Counted from the stretch's first letter, positions 10,901 through 23,040 are shown. The stretch is DNA of 64,000 nucleotides from Spirochaetia bacterium (GCA_965203905.1 CBDBDQ010000005.1:7488001-7552000); one strand, 5' to 3'. Notes: generated by a model from the letters alone, not told the origin. A program made the numbers and translations.

Positions 10901-11956
10901 CTAACAGCGGCAGTGTGAGGTCAACTCCTGGGCCCGCGCGAGGAAGTGGCGCATGAGGGCGATGTTGCCCTCGATGTCGTCCCAGTGGGCAAGCTGCACC
11001 GTGGAGTGCATGTAGCGCACCGGCACTCCGATGGTGCACGCCAAGGCGCCGGAGCGGGTGCGCTGCATCGCCGATGCGTCGGTGCCGCCCCACATGGTCA
11101 CCTGGTAGGCGATCTGGTGACGGCGCGCGGTATCCACCAGCAGGTGATAGAGCGGGCGGTCCGAGATGGTGAGCCGGTCGAAGCGATAGATGCCGACCCC
11201 GGCTCCGAGTCGGGTGTACTGCAGATCGTCGCGCGCGTAGGGGACGTCCGACGACACCGAACCGTCCAGGGCCACACCCACGTCCGGATCGATCTCGTAC
11301 GCGGCGACGGCGGCGCCGCGCACCCCGACCTCCTCCTGCGTGGTACCGACCGCGTAGAGGTCCACCGCCAGGTCGCCCAGCTCGCGAAACATCTCCACCA
11401 GTACGTAGACGCCTATCCGGTCGTCGAAGTTGCGCGCCACCACCACGCGGTCGTTCAGGGTGGCGAAGTGCGCGGCCAGGGTGACGTAGTCCCCAATCTC
11501 CACCCGCGCGCGCACCGTGTCGCCGGGCAGCCCGGTGTCGAGCACCAGTTGCTCGAGCGGGGTGACGCGGCGCCGCTCGTCGTCGCTCTCGATCCAGTTG
11601 GGGATCGGGGCAAACACCGCGCCCACGCGCTGGCGGCCGTGGATCGTTGCCCGCTGCGACACCAGGGTACGCGGGTCGAAGCCGCCCACCGGCTGCACCC
11701 GGATGAAGCCGCGTTCGTCGATCGCCTTCACCATGAACCCGATCTCGTCCATGTGGGCGGCCACCATCACCTTCAGCGGCGGCGAATCGCCCCTGCGTCG
11801 AGTCGCTCGGCGCACCGCGATCAGGTTACCCAGCCGGTCGACGCGTAGCTCGTCGGCGTGCGGCGCCATCTCGTTCCGCGCCAGATCGCGCACCTCGTCT
11901 TCCCAGCCCGACACCCCCGGCGCATCGCACAACGCGCGCAGCAACCTCTCGTTCAT
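10901..11956 (-). CDS. M42-family (TET-type) metallo-aminopeptidase
   Basis: AAHMDEIG, NFDDRIG, QEEVGVRGA, GGTDA, RYMHS. Confidence 0.92.
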   Translation of the reverse strand: MNERLLRALCDAPGVSGWEDEVRDLARNEMAPHADELRVDRLGNLIAVRRATRRRGDSPPLKVMVAAHMDEIGFMVKAIDERGFIRVQPVGGFDPRTLVSQRATIHGRQRVGAVFAPIPNWIESDDERRRVTPLEQLVLDTGLPGDTVRARVEIGDYVTLAAHFATLNDRVVVARNFDDRIGVYVLVEMFRELGDLAVDLYAVGTTQEEVGVRGAAVAAYEIDPDVGVALDGSVSSDVPYARDDLQYTRLGAGVGIYRFDRLTISDRPLYHLLVDTARRHQIAYQVTMWGGTDASAMQRTRSGALACTIGVPVRYMHSTVQLAHWDDIEGNIALMRHFLARAQELTSHCRC

Positions 11957-12093
11957 GAGTCCATCTTTACCCCAGACCGAGAGAACTTCACATACGGCCG
12001 GGGCGGTTGGCCCGCTACGCAGCCCAGGCCCTGTTTTGCCGCTGGCTGCGCTCGGCCCTTATCTTCGCAATGGAGAAAGCGAAGAGGCCACGG

Positions 12094-14733
<2,640 letters not shown>

Positions 14734-14752
14734 CGTTCGACGCTCCCGGTAC

Positions 14753-15510
14753 TCATGGAGACAACAAAACGATTTGCCCCTTGGTCACGTCACTGTAGCG
14801 ACCGTCAAGGGCGTCACGGAGCTCGCTCTCGGGTTCTCCAATAGCCTTGAAGATCCAGGCAAACATTGTCCGCAAGGAAGAGCACGTGTCTTCTCGCGAC
14901 AGCACATGGCATATCGAGAGCCTCCCAATGATCCGGCACCCGTCTTCTACCACGTCAAAGCCGGGACACAGGTTCTTCATTCGACTCTTTGGATTATCGA
15001 TCGTCTCGACGTCTCCATCATAGTCATCGAGTTTGGTGTTGAGTGCTGAATTGATGGCCTGGCTGTCCGCAAAATAATAGGCTTCGAGCATGTTGACCAG
15101 AAAGTGCACCGATGCTCGCCGCGACTGACTTTCGGTGAGAATCGTATCGAGCGCGAGGCGATAGCGATCGAATATCTCTACAGCGCTGTTGGACCGGTCC
15201 GCTTCGAGATCATCCACCAGGATGAGAAATTTATCATCGGACGAGAGGTAACCACGAGCTGGTAAACCAATCTCGGCTTCGTCCCTGTCGGGGATCTTCT
15301 TGCCCTGTCCGACCATCTTAAGAAGGCGTTTTTTTACGTAATCTGAGATCGTTGACCGATCCTTCGGATCACTCCGAAGGTGCACATTCCGGTTGCTGCA
15401 GCCAACCGGAAGAAATCCGGCAAACAATTCTCTTCGGTCTTTCCGGTGACGATCAGGCCGAACCGAATGAACCGCCAAGGAGAACCGGTGTCTCCATCGG
15501 AAAAGCTCAT
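14753..15510 (-). pseudogene. DUF4276-like TOPRIM-fold protein interrupted by a 1-nt frameshift near 15336
   Basis: ATG 15510 overlaps the ATPase stop (ATGA). The first frame (FGLIVTGKTEE...GQRSQIT) stops at TAA 15334-15336 and continues in the -1 frame (KKRLLKMVG...LILVDDLE...FLVNMLEAYYFAD...NPK). Confidence 0.7.
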
Positions 15511-16691
15511 ACCTCGTTCGCTTCGGAGATGGCTGGTCCCTGCCTTGCAATCGCTTCCGCCATGTACAGCGAACCAGCGGCATAGTCCGCGAGCAAATCC
15601 TGAATCTCGCTGATCTCGGACAGGCGATCGAACCTCGCGCGACCATCTTCCACTCCCGCGACCAAGACCTCGTGCGGCTCGAACTGGCTGATCAGAACTG
15701 GCGAATGCGTCGCGAGAAACACCTGCTTGTTCCACTTCTCGGCAGCAAGCTTGACAGCCCGCGCAAACACCACTATAGCCCACGGATGTAACGAAGTTTC
15801 CGGCTCGTCAAACAATAGGACCGACTCCCGATGCCCCTCCGAAAACAAAGCAAGGAGCAGAAGAAGCAGTTGCACGACCCCATCGGAAACGCCAGATGCA
15901 AGTATACCATCGCGTCGTCCTTTCTCCATGAAGCTGGCGTATACCGATGTCGGCCCCGTCTGTTCGAGCTCGATGTCATCGAACAGAGGGAATGCTTCAG
16001 CCATGTGGCGCATGACCGTAACGTAGCGCTCATCACGATTTCGCTTGTCTTGAAGGTTCCTGAGCACGGACCAAGCGTTGTTTCCAGGGTCCCAAAGCCT
16101 CGTGTGATGACTGCTCTCTGATCCTGTCCGCTTGAGGAGACGCAGGTTGAATAACCGTGAATGGTACAAACGAACGTAGCGGAGCAACCGGTCGAGATGC
16201 CCCGCCTCTTCGTCGCCATGATTGAAATCCAGGAAGAGGCCGAGGGTCAGCTTTTCCGGTTCGCGTAAAGGAATTTGCTGTGCCTGTCCGATTTCGGTAT
16301 GAAACAGTGAGGCCTGGTCCGAACCCGGCTTCCTCTCGATGAGTGCCATGTTGCGCGAAGATGACGACAGCCGCTCACCCGGAAATGGATCGATCCTACC
16401 CGCTGAGAGACTAAACGAGACGCCGTACGTGATGTCGCCATCGGTCAGGTCGAGTGCGATGCGCTGGTTCTCGACGGCTCCATCCCAGAGAATACCAATC
16501 CCGTGGTCGCGCTCGGAAGACGCAACTTCCACACCGCGGATCGCACAATCTCGAAAGAAATAAATTGAATCGAGCAGCGTAGACTTGCCAGCTCCGTTTG
16601 GCCCGAACACAACATTGATAGGGCCCACAGGGAGCTCGACGTTGGCGAGAGCGCGATAGTTCTGCACGCGAATACTTGAAAGTCCAGCCAA
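15507..16691 (-). CDS. ABC/AAA_21-type ATPase (non-transport)
   Basis: IRVQNYRAL; Walker A GPNGAGKS; signature VSDG; Walker B LLFDEPETSLHP; H-loop ATHSP; GGAGGT SD before the TTG start. Confidence 0.9.
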   Translation of the reverse strand: MAGLSSIRVQNYRALANVELPVGPINVVFGPNGAGKSTLLDSIYFFRDCAIRGVEVASSERDHGIGILWDGAVENQRIALDLTDGDITYGVSFSLSAGRIDPFPGERLSSSSRNMALIERKPGSDQASLFHTEIGQAQQIPLREPEKLTLGLFLDFNHGDEEAGHLDRLLRYVRLYHSRLFNLRLLKRTGSESSHHTRLWDPGNNAWSVLRNLQDKRNRDERYVTVMRHMAEAFPLFDDIELEQTGPTSVYASFMEKGRRDGILASGVSDGVVQLLLLLLALFSEGHRESVLLFDEPETSLHPWAIVVFARAVKLAAEKWNKQVFLATHSPVLISQFEPHEVLVAGVEDGRARFDRLSEISEIQDLLADYAAGSLYMAEAIARQGPAISEANEV

Positions 16692-16776
16692 TAGATTACC
16701 TCCACTGTCTTGATCTGCGATGCCAGCTCCCGTTGCGAAGTAGGAATCTCGTCCGCCGCCAAGTGGCTGAGTCGAG

Positions 16777-16782
16777 AGTATA
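16777..16782 (-). promoter_or_regulatory. Candidate -10 box (TATACT) for the ATPase operon
   Basis: Near-consensus -10 about 85 nt upstream of the start; no good -35. Confidence 0.35.
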
Positions 16783-16865
16783 CTAGTTCACGACAAGTCC
16801 CGCAGGATCTGCCGAGCACGTGCTCGCGCGGCGCCTAATCTCCGCGACTGCGCGCAGACGGTATG

Positions 16866-17495
16866 CTATTTGCTGGAGCGCGCGCGCTTCAGCAGTGGTG
16901 CCACGATGCGATAGCCGAGCAGGAGCGCCCCGGCGACCATGTAGGCCGCGAGCTGGAAGGTGATTTCCTTGACTTGCAGCAGGTAGTGCACGACGCCGAG
17001 GATGAGCGCGGGATGCACCAGCCAGTGCAGCACGCGCCAGCGCTTGCCCAGGGCGCGGATCCAGCCCGTGGTGGAGGTGATCGCCAACGGGATCAGCAGC
17101 AGGAACGAAGCCAGCCCCACGATGATGAACAGCGACTCGGTGACGTCGATCAGCATGAACTCCAGGTTCAGCCGGAAGTCCAGGTACGCGTACACCAGGA
17201 GGTGGACGCAGACGTAGTAGAACGCCGCCAGGCCGAGGGGCCGGCGATAGGTAATGAGCCAGTTCCAGCCGGTCAACTCGCGCGCCGGCGTGACGGCGAG
17301 CGTGACCAGCAGCAGCCTGATGCCCCAGTTCCCGGTGTCGAGGGTAAAGTCCCCGATCGCGTCCACCCCGAACTGGTCGGTGTAGTAGCGCACCAGGGCC
17401 ACCGCCAACGGCACCATGGTCAGCGGCAGGACCACGAACTTGGCGCGCTTGGCGACCTGCGTCGGACTCCGCCGTTTCCGTTTCGCGTCCGCCAT
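16866..17495 (-). CDS. msrQ: Protein-methionine-sulfoxide reductase heme-binding subunit
   Basis: TLAVTP, RRPLGLAAFYY..HLL, PLAITS...LGKRWRVLHWLV, HYL; downstream of msrP. Confidence 0.92.
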   Translation of the reverse strand: MADAKRKRRSPTQVAKRAKFVVLPLTMVPLAVALVRYYTDQFGVDAIGDFTLDTGNWGIRLLLVTLAVTPARELTGWNWLITYRRPLGLAAFYYVCVHLLVYAYLDFRLNLEFMLIDVTESLFIIVGLASFLLLIPLAITSTTGWIRALGKRWRVLHWLVHPALILGVVHYLLQVKEITFQLAAYMVAGALLLGYRIVAPLLKRARSSK

Positions 17496-17507
17496 CGGTC
17501 CCGCGGC

Positions 17508-18479
17508 CTAGTGGAACTTGATCAGGTCCATTCCCTCATACATTGAGGCGACCCACTCGCCGTAGCCGTTGAACTTCACCGTCTCGCGCCGACCACCGAC
17601 GCCGATGAGGTTCTCCAGGCGCTGGCTCCAGCGGGGATGGGACCGCTCGGGATTCACGTTCGAGTAGAAGCCGTACTCGTGCGGGGCGGCCATGGTCCAG
17701 GTACTCACCGGCTCCTCTTCCACGAACTCGATCTTGTTGATCGACTTGATGCTCTTGTAGCCGTACTTCCAGGGCACCACGATGCGGATCGGCGGGCCGT
17801 TGGGCGTCTGCAGCACATCGCCGTACATCCCCACGGTGACCAGCGTCAGGTCGTTCATGGCCTCGTCCATGCGCAGCCCCTCGACGTAGGGATAGCGGAT
17901 GGAACGGATGGCACGCGGCATCTCCTTGGCGTCGTAGTAGGTCTCGAAACGGAGGTACTTGGCGCGTGAGGTGGGCCCGTAGTCCTTGATCAGCTGGTGC
18001 AGCGGGAACCCTACCCACGGAATGATCATGGCCCACCGCTCGACGCAGCGCAGTCGATAGATGCGCTCCTCCAGCCTGTCGCGGTACCTGGCAATCAGGT
18101 CCTGGACATCGATCACGCCCGGTTTGTCCACGTGGCCGCCGATGTTGATCCGCCACGGACTGATGGTGAATCCCTCTTCTCTCCGCGGCCTGCGGCTCGA
18201 GGTCACGCCGATTTCGTAGAAGTTGTTCTTGTTGATCGCCTGCTTCAGCGTGTTCGGCGTCTCCTCGGAGTCGTAGATGCTGCCGGGAAGGCCTGGGAAC
18301 GCTCCGTTCTGGGCGAAAGCGCGCTGCACGAAGCCGGGAACTGCGGTCGCCAATCCGACGCCGGCGGCCACCGCACCGGTCTTGCGCATGAACTCCCGCC
18401 GGTTGATGAAGTGCTCGCGGTCGGTGATGTCCCACCACTTGATGTCCGCTTGGTAGTCATTGCGGTTACTCGCTGCCAT
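17508..18479 (-). CDS. msrP: Protein-methionine-sulfoxide reductase catalytic subunit
   Basis: Tat motif NRREFM; NNFYE; YRLRCVE.W; PWKYGYKSIK; YGFYSNVNP..HPRWSQ. Confidence 0.95.
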   Translation of the reverse strand: MAASNRNDYQADIKWWDITDREHFINRREFMRKTGAVAAGVGLATAVPGFVQRAFAQNGAFPGLPGSIYDSEETPNTLKQAINKNNFYEIGVTSSRRPRREEGFTISPWRINIGGHVDKPGVIDVQDLIARYRDRLEERIYRLRCVERWAMIIPWVGFPLHQLIKDYGPTSRAKYLRFETYYDAKEMPRAIRSIRYPYVEGLRMDEAMNDLTLVTVGMYGDVLQTPNGPPIRIVVPWKYGYKSIKSINKIEFVEEEPVSTWTMAAPHEYGFYSNVNPERSHPRWSQRLENLIGVGGRRETVKFNGYGEWVASMYEGMDLIKFH

Positions 18480-18942
18480 GTGTCACCTCGTTTGCAGCAG
18501 GCGCGACCACCTGGCAGTTGACCCAGCCGGAGTCTCCCTCGGCGTAGGTCTCGCGCTTCCAGATCGGCAGCCGCTGCTTGACCTCGTCGATGATATAGCG
18601 GCAGGCGTCGAACGCCGCGGCGCGGTGCGCGGCGGCCACGCCGACCCACACCGCTATATCTCCTATGTGCAGTATACCGGAACGATGTACGCAGTGGGCG
18701 GCTATCACGTCGAACCTTCGCAGCGCCTCGGCTAGCACCCGCTCACCCTCGGCCTGGGCCAGTTCCGGATACACCTGGTACTCCAGGAGGCGCACGCCAC
18801 GGCCGTCGGCATGGTTGCGCACCCATCCCTCGAACGTCGCCAGGGCGCCGGCGGCGGGATGCGCCAGCCGCGCCTTGAGGGATCCGGGGTCGATCGCGGC
18901 AGCGGCGAGCGTGAAGCGCGCCCCCGGCGGCGAGTCGGTCAT
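18466..18942 (-). CDS. moaE: Molybdopterin synthase catalytic subunit
   Basis: GALATFEGWVRNH; HRSG.L.IGD; PIWKRE. Confidence 0.93.
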   Translation of the reverse strand: MTDSPPGARFTLAAAAIDPGSLKARLAHPAAGALATFEGWVRNHADGRGVRLLEYQVYPELAQAEGERVLAEALRRFDVIAAHCVHRSGILHIGDIAVWVGVAAAHRAAAFDACRYIIDEVKQRLPIWKRETYAEGDSGWVNCQVVAPAANEVTHGSE

Positions 18943-18943
18943 A

Positions 18944-19204
18944 TCAACCTCCGGCCACCGGGGGAATGAACACTACCAGGTCGCCCGCCGCAAGCCGCGT
19001 GTCCCAGTCCGCGAAGCCGGCGTTGATCGCCACCCGCAGCCGCTCCGGCGGCAGCGAAAAGCGATAGCGCTCCCGCAGCTCGGCGTACAGCTCGCCCGCC
19101 GTCGCGCTGGCGGTGACCACCCGCTCCTCGGCACAACCGGCTTCGTCGCGCAGCAGCGCGTAGTAGTGCACGCGCACGTCGTGACCGGCGCCAGGCTCAG
19201 CCAC
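18944..19204 (-). CDS. moaD: Molybdopterin synthase sulfur carrier
   Basis: YYALLRDEAG; RVAIN; C-terminal PPVAGG; GTG start inferred. Confidence 0.9.
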   Translation of the reverse strand: MAEPGAGHDVRVHYYALLRDEAGCAEERVVTASATAGELYAELRERYRFSLPPERLRVAINAGFADWDTRLAAGDLVVFIPPVAGG

Positions 19205-19712
19205 CGGCCGCCTCGGCGGCCCGGTAGTCGCTCTTGCCGCCGCTCTTCTCCAGCAGGCGCACCTCGCGGATGACAATGTCGTGCGACAGCGCCTTGCACA
19301 TGTCGTAGATGGTGAGAGCCGCCACGGTGGCGCCGGTGAGCGCCTCCATCTCGACGCCGGTCTTGTGCTCTACGGCGGCGGCGCAGGTCACCACCGCATT
19401 GCCGGCAGCATCGAGCTGCACCGTGACGTCACAGCGGTCGAGGCCGATCGGGTGACACAGCGGGATCAGCTCGGCGGTGCGCTTGGCCGCCATGATGCCG
19501 GCGGTGATCGCGGTCTGGAACACCGGTCCCTTGGCGCCATGCAGCTCGCCGTCGTGCAGCAGCGCTCGCACCACATCCGGCAGCACCACCTCCGCGCGGG
19601 CGCGCGCGCGGCGGGCGCTGCGTGGCTTGGCGCCGACATCCACCATCAGCGGCTGGCCGGCAGCGGAGACGTGTGACAACCTCGGTTCAGGCCCGGCAAC
19701 TGGTTCGGACAC
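19197..19712 (-). CDS. moaC: Cyclic pyranopterin monophosphate synthase
   Basis: MVDVGAK; LIPLCHP; TGVEMEALT; YDMCKA; KSGGKS. Confidence 0.95.
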   Translation of the reverse strand: MSEPVAGPEPRLSHVSAAGQPLMVDVGAKPRSARRARARAEVVLPDVVRALLHDGELHGAKGPVFQTAITAGIMAAKRTAELIPLCHPIGLDRCDVTVQLDAAGNAVVTCAAAVEHKTGVEMEALTGATVAALTIYDMCKALSHDIVIREVRLLEKSGGKSDYRAAEAAGG

Positions 19713-19718
19713 CCGCCA

Positions 19719-20747
19719 TCAGCCCCCGATCTGGTACATCTCGATCTTGCGCTCGCGACTGCGCTGGAAGCGCGTCACCTGGGCACGCTCCTCCGAATAG
19801 CGATCGGTGCGCCGGCGCCAGACGCTGCCGATCAGCTCGGACAGCTCCTCGTCATCGGCGCCGCTGCGCAGAGGCGTACGCAGATCGGTGCCCTTCCAGG
19901 CGAACAGGCAGGTGTACAACCTGCCGTCGGTCGACAGGCGGGCGCGGCTGCAGTCACTGCAGAAGGGCGCGGAAATGGATGACACGAAGCCGATCTCGGT
20001 GCGCGTGCCCGACACCCGGTAGCGCTGCGCCACCTCGCCCCGATACGCCGCGCTCACCGGCTCCAGCGGAAACTCCTCCTCGATGACCGCCTTGAGCTGG
20101 GCGCTGGTCACTACCGCCTCGGGGTCCCAGCCGTTGCGGTTGCCCACGTCCATGTACTCGATGAAACGGATCGCGACGTCCTGGCCGGCGAAGGTACGCA
20201 CCAGGTCGAGCACGCCATGGTCGTTGACGCCGCGCTGCACCACGGCATTGAGCTTGAGCGGCGCCAGCCCGACTTCCTGCGCCCGTGCGATCCCGGCAAG
20301 GACGCGGTCGATGGGGATGCCGAGCCCGTTCATCCGCGCGAACGTTTCCGGATCGGTCGAGTCGAGACTCACGGTGACGCGCTGCAACCCCGCGGTCCGC
20401 AGCGCGTCCGCCTGCTCGGCCAGCAGGTAGCCATTGGTGGTAAGGGCCAGGTCGTCGATCTCCGGAATCTCGGTCAGGGCAGCGATCAGCTCGGACAGTC
20501 CCGGCCGCAGCAACGGCTCGCCGCCAGTCAGGCGCACCTTGGTCACCCCATGGGCCACAAACAGGCGTACCAGACGCTGCACCTCGGCGAAGCTCAGGTA
20601 TTCCGCCGTTGGCAGGAACTGATAATCGTCGCCGTAGGTGTCCTTGGGCATGCAATAGGGACAGCGGAAATTGCAGCGATCGATCACCGAGATGCGCAAG
20701 TCGCGCAAAGGCCGATCGAACACGTCGCGCACCGTGCCGGAGCTCAC
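19719..20747 (-). CDS. moaA: GTP 3',8-cyclase (radical SAM)
   Basis: CNFRCPYC; RLTGGEPL; FCSDCSRAR...YTCLF; C-terminal IGG; GGAG SD before GTG 20747. Confidence 0.95.
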   Translation of the reverse strand: MSSGTVRDVFDRPLRDLRISVIDRCNFRCPYCMPKDTYGDDYQFLPTAEYLSFAEVQRLVRLFVAHGVTKVRLTGGEPLLRPGLSELIAALTEIPEIDDLALTTNGYLLAEQADALRTAGLQRVTVSLDSTDPETFARMNGLGIPIDRVLAGIARAQEVGLAPLKLNAVVQRGVNDHGVLDLVRTFAGQDVAIRFIEYMDVGNRNGWDPEAVVTSAQLKAVIEEEFPLEPVSAAYRGEVAQRYRVSGTRTEIGFVSSISAPFCSDCSRARLSTDGRLYTCLFAWKGTDLRTPLRSGADDEELSELIGSVWRRRTDRYSEERAQVTRFQRSRERKIEMYQIGG

Positions 20748-20775
20748 TGCAAGACTCCGTACGAGCCCGGCAACA

Positions 20776-22029
20776 TCACGATACCGCCCCCGCGGGGCCT
20801 CCGCCCCATCCCAGCGGCTGCCACGGATACAGGGGCACCACGCTGCCGGCGGGAAACTGATCCTCGGCCGCGTCCAGTTCCACGAATCCGTCGGTGCCGA
20901 CCAGCGCAAGAAAGTCGCCCGAGTTCTGCGCCGGCGCCGGCCGCGCGTGCAGCATGCCGCCGGCCGCCTCCAGCAGCACCGGCAGAAACATGGTCAACGG
21001 CGGCGGGAACCGCACCGCTTCGACCAGGGTCGCGTGCTGTGCCGGCGGTGGGACCGCCCCCTCGGCGGCCTCGAGGAACGGCACCACGTAGCGGCGCAGA
21101 CAGGCCATCACCGAGACCGGATTGCCGGGCAGCGCGAACACCCGCTTGCCGGCGCCGGTGCCGCCGATCCACAGCGGCTTGCCGGGCCGCTGGCGCACGC
21201 CGTGCAGATAGCGCTCCACGCCCAAACCCTCGAACACTCCCGGCAGGAAGTCGGCGCTGCCCTGAGACACGGCACCGGTGGTGATCAGCACGTCGTGCTC
21301 GCGCAGGGCATCACCCATGCCGGCCGTGAGCCTGCCGACGTCATCGGGCAGATGCCCCGCATCCACCTGGTAGCCCAGGGCGGCCAGCGCCGCGGCCACA
21401 GTATAGCCGTTGGAACGCCGCACCTGGTGCGCGGCGATCGGCTCGCCCACGTCGATCAGCTCGTCGCCGGTGGAGATCACGGCCACCCGCGGCCGCCGGC
21501 CGACCGCCACCTGGGCGCGGCCCACCGAGGCCAGGACCGCGATGTCCGCCGCCGTGATACGCCGGCCGGGGGTAAGCACCGTGGTGCCGGCACGGGTGTC
21601 GGAGCCCCGCCGGTGCACGTTCTGTCCGGGCACAAGGGGGGCCTCCGGCCGCAGCCACGCGCGTTCGCCTTCCAGGCGCAGGTCCTCGCTGCGGATCACC
21701 GTGTCGCAGCCGGCCGGCAGCACGGCTCCCGTCATGACCCGCAACGCGCCGTGGTCGCGGTCGCTCAGCGTCTTGCGCGGCTCGCCGGCGCGCGCTTCGG
21801 CCTCCAGGCACAGCGGCCGCTGCCCCCGCTCCAGGACGCCGGCGGAGACGGCGATGCCGTCCATGGTGACGCGGTCGTGGGGCGGCAGGTCGCGGTCCGC
21901 CAGCACCGGTTCGCGCAGCACGCGCCCCACCGACGCCATCAGGGCACACTGCTCCGGCGGCAGCGTCACGGCGCGGGCGGTCAGGAGATGATCGACGTCG
22001 GCGACGGAGTTCATGGCGGTGTTGGTCAT
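20776..22029 (-). CDS. moeA: Molybdopterin molybdotransferase
   Basis: MDGIAV; VMTGAVLP; STGDEL; RPGKPL; LPGNPVS. Confidence 0.93.
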   Translation of the reverse strand: MTNTAMNSVADVDHLLTARAVTLPPEQCALMASVGRVLREPVLADRDLPPHDRVTMDGIAVSAGVLERGQRPLCLEAEARAGEPRKTLSDRDHGALRVMTGAVLPAGCDTVIRSEDLRLEGERAWLRPEAPLVPGQNVHRRGSDTRAGTTVLTPGRRITAADIAVLASVGRAQVAVGRRPRVAVISTGDELIDVGEPIAAHQVRRSNGYTVAAALAALGYQVDAGHLPDDVGRLTAGMGDALREHDVLITTGAVSQGSADFLPGVFEGLGVERYLHGVRQRPGKPLWIGGTGAGKRVFALPGNPVSVMACLRRYVVPFLEAAEGAVPPPAQHATLVEAVRFPPPLTMFLPVLLEAAGGMLHARPAPAQNSGDFLALVGTDGFVELDAAEDQFPAGSVVPLYPWQPLGWGGGPAGAVS

Positions 22030-22098
22030 ACCAGCGTACTGCCGCGCTCCGGCCCGGGTCAACGAACGTGCACGCCAGGTGCATTTGGATTACGGTGG

Positions 22099-23040
22099 AT
22101 GACGATGGTACGGCTGGGAGCAGGCGGACTGCTGGTGCGGTGCGTCGTTGCAGCGGTAGTGGCTACCGTCGCCACGATGACGGCCCCGGCGCACGACGTG
22201 CCGGACGAGGTGGCGCGTATTGCGATTGTGTCCGCGTTCGCGCCGGAGCTGGCGCTGCTGCGGGAGGAGCTGTCCGACGCGGCGGTGTACTCGCTGAACG
22301 GCGTGGAGTTCGTCACCGGCACTCTGCAGCGGCGCGAGGTGGTGTTGTTCCTGAGCGGCATCAGCGTGGTCAACGCGGCGATGACGGCGCAGCTCGCAGT
22401 GGACCATTTCGAAATCGAGCGGATCGTGTTCTCCGGCATCGCGGGCGGTGTCGACCCCGCGTTGCGCATCGGCGACGTGGTGATAGCGGACCGCTGGGGC
22501 CAATACCTGGAGCTGGTGTTCGCGCGCGAGGCGGAGGGAGGCTGGCGGACGCCGCCCTTCTTCGACTACCCCTACGCCAACTTCGGCATGCTGTTTCCGC
22601 GCGCGGTCAGCGTGCAGCGCGCCGGCGCCGACGGACCCGAGACCCGGTTCTGGTTTCCGGCGGATCCGGCACTGCTGGCCGCCGCCCGGGTGGCGGCCGC
22701 GGAGGTCGTGCTCGCACGCTGCACCGCGGACGGCACCTGTCTGCGGTATGGCCCCAGGGTCGTCGTCGGCGGGCCGGGAGTCTCGGGCAGCGCCTTCATC
22801 GACAACGCGGAGTTCCGGGAATATGCGTTCGATACGTTCGGCGCACGGGTGCTGGACATGGAGAGCGCGGCGGTGGCGCACGTGGCCTACGCCAACGGGA
22901 TTCCGTTCCTGGCGATCCGCAGCCTGTCCGACCTGGCCGGCGGCGGCGACGGCGAGAATCAGATGGAAGCCTTTCTCGGTCTCGCGGCGGGCAACGCGAC
23001 GGCGGTCGTCAAGGCGCTGCTGCGCGCCCTGCCCGACTAG
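22099..23040 (+). CDS. MTA/SAH nucleosidase-family (PNP_UDP_1) protein with signal peptide
   Basis: IAIVSAFAPE; SGISVVNAA; FSGIAGG; DMESAAVAHVA; IRSLSDLAG; hydrophobic N-terminus ending APA-HD. Confidence 0.85.
   Translation: MTMVRLGAGGLLVRCVVAAVVATVATMTAPAHDVPDEVARIAIVSAFAPELALLREELSDAAVYSLNGVEFVTGTLQRREVVLFLSGISVVNAAMTAQLAVDHFEIERIVFSGIAGGVDPALRIGDVVIADRWGQYLELVFAREAEGGWRTPPFFDYPYANFGMLFPRAVSVQRAGADGPETRFWFPADPALLAAARVAAAEVVLARCTADGTCLRYGPRVVVGGPGVSGSAFIDNAEFREYAFDTFGARVLDMESAAVAHVAYANGIPFLAIRSLSDLAGGGDGENQMEAFLGLAAGNATAVVKALLRALPD

Noticed and set aside
15329-15336. Programmed -1 frameshift or transcriptional slippage on A-AAA-AAC
   Set aside because: The zero-frame TAA precedes the slippery codons, and extra A residues would not remove it
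22030-22098. Moco riboswitch upstream of the moe/moa operon
   Set aside because: The gap is under 70 bp, is shared with a divergent gene, and shows no recognisable riboswitch structure
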